Assembly: GCA_036172245.1 (NCBI GenBank)
Contig: JAYWIR010000001.1
Span: 7,130,001-7,194,000 of the forward strand
Length of the DNA stretch: 64,000 nucleotides
Direction of reading: 5' to 3'
From: Raillietiella orientalis
Taxonomy: Eukaryota
Shown here piece after piece: positions 17,231 to 30,757 of this stretch. The stretch's first letter is position 1. Every line of letters starts with the position of its first letter. Below the pieces are notes generated by a model that saw only the letters and a program-made list of their open reading frames with translations, was not told the origin of the DNA and did no database searches. The position numbers and the translations under genes were made by a program.

Positions 17231-19800
17231 TTCTCGAGCAAATCTCCACAGCCTCTTAAAGTTCCATGTGGAGAAAACAGTGTTCTCTGGAATACGCACT
17301 TCAATTCCCACTCGATCCAACTCTCTCCCTTTTATCTTGTGCAGCATATCCGAGCAGCTGGCTAGATAGAATTCATTTTGCATATTCAGCCACTGTCACC
17401 CACCTCAATTACAATGTCTGATGAGATGGGTACATATTCCACCGCTGGAAATCCAGGTAGAGCTTGCACCTACTGAACAGAATGATCTGGCATGACAAAT
17501 CACGAAGAAAACCTCATCGTTTGATGCTGCATCTGTGTTACGAAAGAAAGCTTTGTACATTCCTGGATAGCACGTCTGAAATCCCGTGATCAATTTTTTT
17601 TTTTTTCTTTTGGTTTTCAGCATGTTATTCATACGTGAATGCCATGCATTCAAGCAGTTGCAAGGAACAAACTCTTCGAAACAGGAGAAGAAAAAAAACC
17701 TTAAGTTGCACCATTCATACCATTTAAACCGCGAGTACACACACACACAAAAGACTGGAAAAAAAATAATAAACAACAAATTAGGTTTCTCGTTCTCAGT
17801 CGTTCAGTTCACACAAAACATTCTCGTCGTGGTATTCGTGTCTAAATAATCCAAATATTTTATCAAATCATGACACACTTCATAGATTCCCATCATGGAG
17901 AAGCTATCGAAATGTACCATTCGAAAAAAAAAAAAAAAAAAAAAGAAGCAACATTACAGGAAATTAAACAAGATGGAAAGCAAGATGTGATCAAGTACTG
18001 TGCAAAAACAAGTTAAAATAACCCACGGTACTTCCGGATCACTCGGTACAGTCGATTCCATTCTCTCCTGCTCGTCACCTGTCCCTGTCCCTGAAGTCGC
18101 TTTCGGGTTCGGAAGTGACCAACTTGGACTCAAATACAGAACTTTTTTTTTTTTTTCGAGTGCCATTCACCCTCAGAGATGATCTTTGGCGGCGATGACC
18201 AGCCGGATAACTGTCCATAACTGTCGCTGTGACCTTTTCCAAGGGGAGAATCTGCGGAGAACTGTTTGCGTTAATCTAATCATCATTTGATGTGTTGGTG
18301 ATGAAATCGACGCTGGCGAGCAGCATCATAAGGAGATGAAACAGGTAAAACAAATCCTCCGTGACGGATGATTGGATATGCGGGAAAATTAAAAGTGAAT
18401 ACATATGGCCTATAGAATCGTACAAACAAGCACTCTATTTGTGGAATCCTTAAGCTCTCATAGATCGGATTCGGTGATCAAGTATGCAAAATCCTGAGGT
18501 CATCACTGCTGCAAGCTACATATCTAATTTCTTTACACGTGAATACAGCACTCAGGTGATGAGCAGAAAAAAAATCAAACAGTTGTACATCAGTTACTTT
18601 GAGTTATAGCCAAGAAAAGTTCGTTGTTCTTAATGGTAAAAGGTTCAATAAACTACATAAATTGGATACCAGGCAAAAGCGAGGGTGGAAAAAAAAAAAA
18701 AAAAAACTGAAGGAAAAAACCTCACACTCCAAAGCAACCTTATGTAACCTGATTCAACAATCATTGTGTTCACTGTACATTTATCTGGAATGGTTTGTCT
18801 ATCCCCGCAGGTCTACAGACAAGCAACCACCAGAGGCTCAGAAACGGACTTTATGGGAATCCAGAGAAACTGACCGCCGTTCCTTACCGTTCAAAGCTTT
18901 CGTGGCTTACGTAAGAATTGACCGTGTAACGGGACGATTGGGTCTTCACAACCACCGGAGGTTCCCCGGCGAGGAAGCCAACAGAATTCCAGAAGGTCTC
19001 ATGACAGGGGTTGGTCACTTCTTTGCGAACTACGCATGGCTCGGGAGCGGGCAGCGGGGTTAACATCCTTGCTGCGCGGCGGGGTCAAACACGCTCCAGG
19101 CGCTCCACTTTCAATCAGACGCACCGACGGAGTGTTAGACACGGTTGCTTCCAACACGGACGAGACACACCGACACGATCACCTCTGATTATACTAATTC
19201 TTATGAATGCATCATGCACATGCACGTCGCATCCGTGCGAGCATTCGCCCAAGATCATGGAGCACTCTTATGTATTGCCACAAAAAAATAAGAATGGGAA
19301 CTCCAGTCTTCACTTATTCTTGCACAGATCAATGCAGGAATGTCTTGAGGAATCCCGTTTTGCCTGGACTCGAGTTTGCGACTTGTGTTAGGAAATTTCG
19401 ATTGGTGCGTTGCCTCTGGAGTGAAGCTCTGAAGTCCTCTCCCCTACATCCCAATCCATTTGAACCGACACTTCATTCGTGAATAATTCGAGCTTGGTTT
19501 TCCATGCCAGTTTTGGAGAAGACAGTATTATACAGTCTTTTGCTATTTGTGCTTTCACCAAACCACCCAGACTGGTGACTCCATATTTTCACCCACCTCT
19601 TTCCAGATATTGGAAAGGGAGCATTTTTCGAATACCTCTTCACATGCTTATCACAGCTGATGAACTGAATTACTGGATTTAGAATTCATTCATCGCAAAG
19701 GTAGAAGGAATCCATAAATTCAGTTCCATGGTTCAATAATCGTCACGGTCCGATAATGGGGGGCACGGAGAGGGGGGCGGGGGGGGGGATGATTTTTAGA

Positions 19801-20780
19801 CGACGATGATGAGTCAGTGAAAATTCCTTCGGACGAAACTTATAGCTAAGTAACTTATTACGACTTAATTAACGGGGCACAAGTAATTATAAACCTTGGT
19901 ACCCACCCTTCTCTTATTGCAAGAATCATAATCGACCACAAACAGTTCAGTGCAGAGAACGGATGTTCAACAGAAGAAAGGATTCGTATGTCAATACATT
20001 ACCGAGCCCGACCACAGTGCATCAGGGCTTACCGAAAGAGTGAATAAAAGGCACTTCAAAACTGAGGCTTGTTCAAAAGATTTGGAAGTAAACAAATATG
20101 CACCCTTAAGTTACGTCCAAATTTTCTGAAACATAAAAAGCAGCAACGTCCACGTGGAAAGCGATGTATAAAACGAGTATTTATCAAGAGACGGAAAAAG
20201 TGGTATTCATAATCATCAGCGTCAGGTGAAGATGTATAGTATCAATGCATAATTTATGATGAACTTTTGTGGTCGTGGGTGAGCATCTGTGAAACATTTT
20301 TTCGCTCTAGTCCACTTTAGTCCTGTGTCTTCAAAGGTGGCTACGTGTGCATTAAAGTGATTCATATTCTATAAAAAAAATTTGGGCTGTTATGAAACCT
20401 TAGTTAGTCATCTTTCACACTTTTGGTGTTTATGAAGTTGCAAAGTTTATATAAGCTGCTGATTCACATTAGCATCAGAACTTTATTGTAATCGCATTCA
20501 TTCCCATAGATCTTCATGATTATATCGATAAACAAGGATAGTACGGTCTTACATCGGAGAAGCCAAGCAGGTTAGAACGACAGGAAATAACTATGTCAAG
20601 ATGGAACTGATACTTGAAGAAGCTAAGTAAAATATGTTCGCTGAAAAAAACTTACTGGCATTCCATGTAAAATCGGTTTTCTGGTTAGTAACCCAAGCAT
20701 CAAGTTTGCTGGATTTTCCATTAATGTCAATGTTATGGAGTTAAATATTGAATGTTAATCTTAGATGGACGATGTCTATA
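19801..20780 (+). mobile_element. Possible highly decayed Penelope-like element (hammerhead-like core plus GIY-YIG remnant)
   Basis: Hammerhead-like core at 19806-19852. TCT TAC ATC GGA GAA (SYIGE) near 20547-20561 is followed by GCTGAA...ACTGGC (AE...TG), resembling a PLE GIY-YIG endonuclease. No open frame remains. Confidence 0.35.
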
Positions 20781-22871
20781 TTACTCAAATTGATTCCTCA
20801 ATGCATTTGATTCAATACATTCTAAATATTACAGAGTCAAAGTTCAATTTTAAAAACAAAAGGTAAAGTTGATTAAAGTACTCTCAAGCATTTAAATGCA
20901 GTCATAAATTCAAATACCCATATTAATACTCTTCATGAAAACCTAAATGCATTCATAAATTATTGCGTTAAGTTCGGAGATGGTAAACATTTGGGGATAT
21001 AGAAACAATTGGTAGTGAGCAATGTGCACTAAGTTGCTTTTGTGGAAGGTAATATAAATGTATGCCAATCATTGCAACTATTATAGAATTCAGGATAAAA
21101 CGATTACTATTCCACGTGAAAGTGGCATTTTCCTACTGTATTGGGATAATGTTGGTGAAAGTTTCTAAACTTTGAGACTTTCAAATAAGTAACAGGGTAA
21201 AAGAACCTTTCTTTTTCAGCATCGGAAAATATATGATGTTTGAATATCACATCTGAAACAAGAAAATTTCTTACACAATTTAGTAATAAGTTCATTTATT
21301 ATGCAACGCTTACACAACAAATGAATCAATGGTATTTGACTTCTTCAAACTCTACTCTCGGAATATTTTTAGAGGAAGAATCAAACAGAGTGCATATTTC
21401 AAATATAGAGTACAACGCTCCTAAATAAATTTATGCTACAAGCGAAGTAGAATTAAATCCTGCACTTCGAATAAATTCATAACACTGATGAAATCAGCAT
21501 AAATCAAAACAAAGACGTCTGTATTCAGAATCGCTTGCTTTCATTTATTACACTTGAATAACAACTGTGATCATAGATAGGGCAACAAATTATTATGTAA
21601 TGATGATTATTGAAAATAATTGAAATGCTAATAAAATCGACCTAAAATTGAAATTGAGACACTGAGATTTTATTCACCAGTTGATCTAATTCTCAGTTTT
21701 ATCTTATTTCTTATTTTACTGATGTTCTCATGAGTAATGTCTATTTAAGACATTACGAAGTTACTCAAGCAAATAAATCGGGCAAAAGAACGATTAGAAT
21801 ACTATCCTTCATTTGATAATTGCTGTTCCATCACATTAACATGTTTTATTAAAAATTCCAGTATAGTACCGGAAAAATAGGAGGGAACGCGTACATTTGA
21901 TGACAATATGTATGAACTTCAAACTTATACACAACCCTTTCTTAAAAATGTTTAAGTACTTTCCTCAAATGCAACAATTATCTTTTTTCCTCAAAAATGA
22001 ATTATTTTGTGCTTGATTTGGACGCTGCATAATTGGAGTGTTTGGAATTTGGTATGTTGGTTTTCTGTATCAAACTGTCGATGAAGTTTATCTGCATATT
22101 TTTTTTGAATTATGTATTTTTACTGCTTGTATAAGATTCTGTTTTGTCTTCCTCGGTTAATGATTATGAAAATTAGGGTAATATATCATCTGATATCTGT
22201 GACTTTCATTCGCCATTGATCCCATTAATAATGCCATTGAGAGTTTGAGAAGCATTTTGCATAAAGTTGTATTACGAATGGTTATGTTAGACATTTTTTG
22301 TGAAGGAAGTCTATTAAATAAGACATTTTTAATTTTCACTACCTTATTAAAGTATGATAGGAATAAGGCTTATTATTCAAAACCAAAAATTTTTTAGTGC
22401 ATGAGCTATCGGCAATTCTGTTTCATGTCAATGGTCTGCTTCAATAGAATTGCAAATGCAAAAAAGCGTCCCTGGACGCCGTAGGGAAATGGGGCACAAG
22501 GGTATGCAGCCTTGGAAGCATTTGAAGTGAAGTTCATAAGGATAAGCGACGAACTTGCCAATGTGCTCCAAACTTAACGGAAATGCATTTTTTAAAATTA
22601 TAATTCTGATTGTATAACTTTTGGCTGCTATTTTAAAAACTTATTTTGCGTTGTTTCCGATGTTGGTATAGTTTTTGAAAACAGTGAATTTTTGAAAATG
22701 TTGTGAGTGGTAATTTAAATTAGTCTTCTTATAGAAATATATAATCAAGTTCTGTAATTTTAGAAGTTTATTATGAATGCCACGCTTGTAATTGATCATA
22801 TAGCCTAATGTGTCAACTTGAGCAAAGTGTGGTGTGAAGGTATCAGGAGAAAAAAAAACTCAGTGATTGTA

Positions 22872-25800
22872 ATGGAGAACTCCCAAAATCATGGTGTTAA
22901 AACACATGGTAATATGTATGGAACGGATTTATTGCAGAAAAGTATTTCCGAAAATGACGGTAATCACAGTGAAATCCAGTCAAGCGCCCATTTTAATGAA
23001 ACTGACGTTATTAGTAAGTCTGGAGTAATTAACCTTTCAAGTAATTAATATAGAATCTGATTCCGGATTTTCCGATGCCGAATTTTGATTTTAGGAATGT
23101 AGCGTTAGTCTGCAGTTTGTGACAACATAACATAATGTATAAAATGTGTATGTACCAATCACACAGACATCTTTGGAGAGATATCTGTTTAACATGCTAA
23201 ACTGCAGGATGAAAGTGTTGCTTCAAAAACGACCTTCCTTATGGCTTAGTTATTACTTTTACAGATAACTTTATCAGCAGTTATGTTTTGTTGAGTGAGA
23301 TTTTCATCAACTAATTGTTATAGTGTTTCTGTAGTTATTGATCATCATCCTGATAAACTTTGTTTTATTAAATTGATCTAACTCGGACTCGTATCATTTA
23401 GAAAGTGCATTTAAAATTTCAAGTTATGTTTATTAATAGTTTTGGTAAGAACATGGACCTAGGAACTGATGTTTTCAGTGAGGTTTTGTTGTCAGTATCC
23501 AGTTCATTGATATATTTGGTAACATCGTAGTTGAGTATATGAGTTTAGGGATGTAGTTAATGGTAGTGGTTGATAGTGGAAATTTAGCAGGACATGTGAC
23601 CTGATATGTCAGTTTCAAGGTTTTCAGGTATGATTTCTTAATGTTATCATCTTTCAGTAGAAGTTATTGTGGAAGCTTGGTGAACAATTTGAAAAAGAGA
23701 GTAGTTTGTAAATCTTTTTACCATCAATTTAAAAAGTGCTTTTGTGTGCTCCGCTATATTTGGAAATTTTTACATTAATTTACATTTGGAACTTGTAAAC
23801 CAAAACCAGAAAACATTTTACTGCACCACATGCACTTTTGTCTGTAAAGTTCATATGGCATACTTCTTCCAAATTATTTTCCATAGGAATTCATGTACAG
23901 TTGTGCTTTTCAAATATAAGCAAAGAATTGGAGTAAAGCCTTTCACAAGTGCATGGGAATCTGAAGTCAATTAAAAATCATTCTAACAGCAAATGAACAA
24001 CATTCATATCATAGAACAAGACTATTTTTTGATTTTTACTATTTCATCTTTTCCGTGGATTAGAAAAAAAAAAAGAAATGAATTTATTTGTGATGAATTA
24101 CACTGAAATTATTGTTTCATCAATAATACAAATATTTTAAAGTTTCTTACATTATGCAGTACCATTCTCAAATACTGGATATGAGGATAACTGAGTTTAT
24201 TGGCATGCTGCAACCTATGACAAACATATCTAATCTTTACGAGCTCAATTGGGGATTTTTTTCTGAAAGTTGACTGAGAACTTGAAATTGGTGAATTTTG
24301 TTGGAATCACCCACAATTGTTCATAAAATGAAACAAAGGCCAAATACATACTAAATAAATGTTTCACATATTTCAAGCATACAATCGCGTTGAATTATAT
24401 TATTCTATCTTTTTCAAGTTATTTGATTGTATTTGGCTTTTTCTGTGGTAGTAAAGTATTGATCTTAAAAAAGTTTCAAAATTAGGACAGCCTGAAGTTA
24501 GATTTAGTTTCTGTTATTGCAGGTTAGGAATGAAATTCTTTCATATGATGTATGCTTAAACAATGAACTATGATTGCCTGTGCTGCAACAGGAGTTTCAG
24601 CATAGATGTTAAATAAAATCTATGCTGAAACTTTTGTTTCTTTAAGTTTGATCATAGAAAGCCATAAATCTAACATTTCAAATTACTTCTCATTGTTAAT
24701 TTGGATGTTCTTCAAAGTATTCAAACTTGGAGATCATTAATTCTCCCTTTTGTTTTGTTTTGTTTTGTTTTTAATGCAGATGGTGAGGTTTGAAATTTCA
24801 GATTTAGGTTATTTCGTGTAACCTTGTTACTGTTCCTGTTAATTTCATTGATGTTTTACTGTTTTCTGATCTATTGTGAATAAGCTCTCATTCCATTAGT
24901 AGATTTTTGCTTCAATACCTCATGATTGAAGATGTGCTTCAAGCATGATTGAAGATGTGCTTTTTGAATAATTGTTATTTAAAAAAATTCTTGTATCATG
25001 AAATCTGAATATTGAGTCATGTTGTAAAATGTGCTCCTATTTAAATTGTGTATTTTGTTTTTAAGTCATTGAAGGCACTTGAAAAGCATTTCAATTTAAA
25101 AAGTGTTGTTCAAGGTATGTGAATTGTATTTGATTTTTTAGTGACCAAATTTGCCAAATAAAAGTACTATAAACAATTATTACAAAAATAAGAAAGAGTC
25201 AAAGTAAATTTCAGAAGTAACGGTATACTCATTTATTTACAGTTGTTCATTTGATAGTTTTTTTGTAGAAGTCCAGTAATTGAAGAAGAATATGATATAC
25301 CTAGAACAATTGTTGACAAACTGATCTGGTTTTGTGAAAATAAAGTACTTACAATGTACATCAACAAGATCAGCGTGCCAAAATGCCTTTTCCTTTTGGG
25401 GGAAGGCACATGTATTAATAATGTTGCCAAAAGCATAAAGGAAAAATTATTTAATCTCTACTTCAAATTAGTTTTGTATTGTAATCAAGTGTTGCATTTG
25501 AATTGCATAAATGTGGTAGTACTGCATTTAAGTGGTATTCTGTTTTATGAATATGTGTATTTTCAAACAAGGGTGCTTCTGCCTAGGATCAGTAATCTGT
25601 CTTATGAATACTGATGTCAAAATCTTGCTTGCCTTAACAAAGGTTGCAAACAGATAAATGAGTTCATTAGCATTTGTGACAATATCCCAATATCCATTGA
25701 AACCAAAAGTAAAATCTTGTCAAATGATATGAGTTTACTTGATTCTTCTTCTGTTACTTTTTATTTTCTGTATGTTTTGAGTTCCAAAGCTTTTTTTATT

Positions 25801-27373
25801 AGCTTATTGGATTAATTTATTGCACATTTTGTGCCTTGAGTGAAGGAAAACTTAATGTTCTTAATTTGCTTCTTTTATGCAATTAAAATGCATGAATTCT
25901 GTTGGGCATGCCATAGAACTTTTGATATGTATCAGCAGATGAAGACTTCGTAAGAATGTTACATGCACTATTTGAGTTCATGTTCTAGAAAAACTATTGT
26001 TTATTTTTATTTCAGTTAGTGAGCAATTGAATCGACTGCAACTGCAGCCAAAGTACACTTCCTTGAATGGCAGTGGTGAGTGAGCAACCATCTGCAGTGT
26101 GGGAAAATATACCAAATTGTGTATAGGGGATGCTTCAATCCAAGAGTTTAAATCAAAGTTATCCGCTGATGCTGCAGAATTTATTCCACGTTGGCTGCAA
26201 CCGAATCATCCAATAGCCCCCCCTAAAAGTTCTGATGTAATGTAGAACACATTTTTCTGAAATAATTAATTGTAAATTTTAGCTTATGACAGAGTATTCA
26301 GCACCCCAAGAAGAAGGAGATCAGCTTCCAGCATCAAACACATTTAATACTGCCCAGTCATTCTTGAACTTTGTGAAAGAAGTTATTTCTGTACTCAGTT
26401 TGAACCCAGGGGATTTTGGTGTACTAGTGGCACCTCTCGCTAATCGGATGTCCTCACTAACAGATGTTAATGTTGTACCAGCAACTGTACAATTGATTGT
26501 CGATCATTCAATCGATAAAACAAATTTCACTTATACAGGTGCCCGCCTCTGTGCTCACCTGATAGATGAACTTCAAAGAGAAAAATCAGTGGCTTTTAGT
26601 TCTCACTTATTCAAGAGGTAATGAGCTCTTCAGACATATAATTGTTGTCTTTAGATGTACAGAGGAATTCCAACATCACAAGGAATTATTGTATTCTAAT
26701 CCAGAGCAGGTTATTGGTGTAGCAACTTTTTTGGCAGAGTTATATCAAAATTTGGTTGTTAAAGTCACTTCTTTCAAGCAACAGTTTGGTACACTTGGAG
26801 ATGATGTATGTCATATGTTGATTAATATGCTGTCTGTTGGAAATGAGGCATTAATTAAATGTGTCTGCAATTTGCTCAAAGTACGTTTAACTTATGATCT
26901 TCACTTATGCTCATGAACCAACAGTTAACAGGGGCTAGTTTAGAGCAGGAAACAAACAAGTGTCAAGTGGATAGTCTCTTCAGCTTACTGGAAGAAATGT
27001 CCGAAAACTTTCAGGTGGATGTCACCCCTGTGTGTCGCAATATGATCAAAGGAGTGTTGGCTCTGAAGCAGACTCAGTGGGGCATGCAGGATTATAATGT
27101 ACAGAGTGTGGAGCCAGGCAAATGTTATAATTAAATTAAAAATCATGGTCAATTTTCAATTTCCAGTGAATGATGGTGATTCCACTCTAACAAAAGAAGA
27201 AGAATTATTCTTGGAATATTGCAACATGGAATTTCAAAGAAGGTGAGGTTTAGGAGTTTCTTTCATGATTGTGTGGTTTTTCCAGAATTGAATGGTCACT
27301 TGAAGGATGTAATGTTGACGAAGAAATGCTCAGAGATTTTGAGTTATTTGTGGAAAACCAACCCTTTTATTAA
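22872..27373 (+). CDS. PAIP1: Polyadenylate-binding protein-interacting protein 1 (PAM2 + MIF4G + acidic PAM1)
   Basis: Exons 22872-23013 (least certain), 26016-26075, 26127-26236, 26283-26617, 26655-26880, 26925-27117, 27167-27242 and 27286-27373 join in phase. Motifs: PAM2 SKLSADAAEFIP, MIF4G LNPGDF...NFTYTGARLCAHL...FLAELY...CNLLKLTG.SLE, and acidic tail LTKEEELFLE...DEEMLRDFELFVE. Confidence 0.88.
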
Positions 27374-30300
27374 TGTAGCGATACACATTAATAAATTAAG
27401 TTATGACTAGTATCAATGCCATTGTCAGTAGCAGACAGATTTGTGTAGGTTTGTTTAATGGTTCTGTTGGATCTAAACTTCCCATAATAATGCATAACAT
27501 AAATATTGGAATATAATTGTCAGAAGTGATTGTTTTCCTGCAGAAATCATGTTGGACAAGTGAATGTTGCCGAGATGCATCCATAGATGCTCTTAATCAA
27601 CTGTATGGTAAAGACAGCAAACCCATTGTAACATTGTTCTACTTCTTTATTTTGTTTCTCACTATATTTCTGGCACAGAAGCATATACTTGCCAGTTGTA
27701 ATCAGCAGTTAGTGATACATATCTTACAGACATTAATTTTACAATCTGCATCTTTTTAATCATTAAACCAATTTGAATTTCGTTTTACAACCGCATCATA
27801 TCAGTTTTATGTATGTCTTATGTATTGATTTAACAAAATTTCCTAAAAAGAGATGAAAGCAGCCGTTATCAGCTGATGGAACACCATTGTAGTCCCCATG
27901 GAATCAATTTGTTAAGTGCTTAAGGTCCTGTAAATTTGAATTGGAATGTATTGCATTCAAATAAATTATAATGTCGATCATATTCGAATTCTTGCCAGTG
28001 AGTTGCTTTCATTGGGTTAATTATTTTATTTTTAATAAATCAATGTCTGCAAAAGACGTATTTAAACAGTTTTGACCAATATTACATGATGGATGCTGGA
28101 GTGGTTGAGATGTTTTTACATGCCTTCTGAGCACCTTTGATCCCTCTAAACGAGGTAGTATCGATATGCCGTCTTAAGTTAACTTTGATTTTTTACAAAC
28201 ATTGCTTTATTTTTGCAGATCAGAGATTTGCCAAGCAAAATCCTTGGCAATCAGATGAGTATCACGTTTTGAATGAATGGGATCATTGTGTGGTTTTGAA
28301 TGAGCCTTGGCTGATGGGTATAATAGTTCACAATACACATTACCATATTGCCATATCTCATTGGGGTGGTACTGTTGGAACAATTGGGTGGAACAAGTTC
28401 CAACACCAAGATGTACATCATGAGCTCATTTAGTTATTTGCTTAGGTTTCAAAGCGCGGAATTCTCAAATCCAGGTTTGACGAGCATTTTTTAACCTTAT
28501 AAGGTTTCTGCTATCTTTCTAAAACAACAAAATTGTAAAAAAAAAAAAAAAAAAAAAAAAATTGTTTGTGCACGCCATTATCTTGAATGTTTGATGCTCG
28601 GATAGTTTTGTGTGCTGGGTTTGTTAGGGAAATGGGCATTCGTGGAGGTGGGATGAATTTTGTTTTGGGGATAGATTTATCTTTACTGTGGCCCAAACTG
28701 ACTGAAGGTGTGCAGAAGGCGATTTTTTTAGAGGTCGGAAAAAAAAAAAAGTACGTGGCAAACTGAAGCCAAATTGCTGGGCCGTTTGCCAGACTGACAG
28801 CATTTCGACGTCAGTTTTTAAGATGAATTTTTGAAAAACAGCGGAAGGCGTCTTTTCCAAGCTTGCCCGTGCCCACTGCCCATTGGAAAAATGGTTTCTT
28901 AATTGCGATTGATGATTCCGAGGCCGCGTGCATCTTCTCTCCCGCACTCCGAATGTCGACTTTGTCGAGCGAACACGACGAAACGCACATCCACATCTAC
29001 AGGCGCCTGCAAATACTTGGTCCATGGATCACTGGCCCCAATTCATGGAAGCGTTATTAGTGTGCCTCCAAACATTCGTGATCTTGGTTAGTCTCCTATC
29101 TGTAAACCCGACGAGCACGAATGCGTTTCAGATTGAAAGCTGCGTGCGCGCGCGGGGGGGGGGGGGCAGCCTATAAACGGGCCAGCTTCTTTCATTTTGG
29201 TGCATAAGAATAAGATGGAGGACCATCCGGCGCTCGCATAAGTCTTTCATCAAACAACGGTTTCGTGCGAGAATTGTGATCACATATGTATGCATGGGTC
29301 ATCTCCCGATCGTGTTCTTCGAGTCGCGAACGTACGGAAGCCAGCGAGCTACTGGCTTCCGTACGTCGATTGTACTCGGTTCTAGCGTGTGCGTGTACCC
29401 AGTTCTGACGTGCAGGGCTCTTAAGCGCGTTTTGCACGTACGCGATCTGCACGCAGATGATTGCACCGTGGGCCCCCAAACCAGAAAAGTTTCAAGCATG
29501 ACCTTGCAAAAAAAGAGTGGTTGGCACTTCCGAGCAGCGGTGTGGAGACGCGCAAGCGCGGAAGGGATCGGCGTGGACGGTGTGGAATCAGGCGCCACGG
29601 AAATCGGGAAACAGCCCCAGGACCGCAAGGCAGGCGTCCCCGATTCGCACGGGAACGGAAATCCTTCGGGACTTCCTCGGGAACCGTTCCTGGAAACGGT
29701 GAGAGGGAATGCTGAAGCGTGGTCGCTAACAGAGGTTGGTGGAACTCCACGCAGGCACATTGAGTGCATATCTAAACCATGGGGTTTAGGCATTCTGTTT
29801 GCGTTGAATCAGCTTGATGATGAGCCCTCTTGACGGCTTTGTGGTGTATATCTCGTGCAGTGCACCGCAGTTTGCTTCGCCAGCCGTTTTGCTCTTTCCC
29901 ACTGCTGCCACTGTTTCCAACGAGCACTTTCTTACACGGGTAATATGATCACCCCAAGGACTGCACGCATTCATTCCTTACGCCGTGAGCTAAATGAAGA
30001 TTCGTTTAGAGCTTCAGCTGCCAGTATTTATGTGATAGTTATGTAGGCATATCTTTTTTTCTTCTTTTCATCACGTGAAGACGTCTTCACTTCTCCCTCA
30101 TGCATCGACATTCAGCTGTTGGCACACGATGCAATAGGTACTCTAGAATTCAACAGGACAAGGAATATCAGCAACTGCTCAGCGAAGACACTTTGATTGT
30201 CCGGGGATGTGAGGTTTTGGGCTGGAATTTATTCGCAAGGTCGTACGCAAGTATGCAACATCAATGGAAGCGAAATAGTAAATTTGATGGAAGCTTACAC

Positions 30301-30757
30301 CTACTTTTTTGCATGCCTATTTTCTGGAGTTGGTGAGGAAATAGCCCAAAGGAATGCCTTGCTTGCTTGCACAGTGATGCCAAGCATTCGCGGTTGCTGA
30401 GAAATGCTGTTGTTTTGTCGTTGTTTCCTGTTGCCTCATTTGTACATTCAAATAAGATTGCGTATGGAGAAAATTGCTCGAAAGTCATGATGGCAGCAGG
30501 CGTTGCCAGGAAGCAGGGGACTAGTTAAACATTTTATATTTCTGAGTGAACTCGGATTGCAGATTTAGAATGTTACCTCTCACATGGTCTCCCAGTAAGC
30601 TCACATTTTTAAGAGTGTTTGTGCGAATACTCATTTTTTCGTATGAGAAGCATGTCTAAAGTTAAGTTAAGCATGTTAAATTCGCGTCCAGGGTCTTCGT
30701 GTGTGAAAGTCCGCCCTGCAAGGCCATTAGTCATACAATCACTCAATTCCTTCTCTC

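Noticed and set aside
24921-24962. Tandem duplication of CATGATTGAAGATGTGCTT in the PAIP1 intron
   Set aside because: Only two units; ordinary local slippage, not an array.
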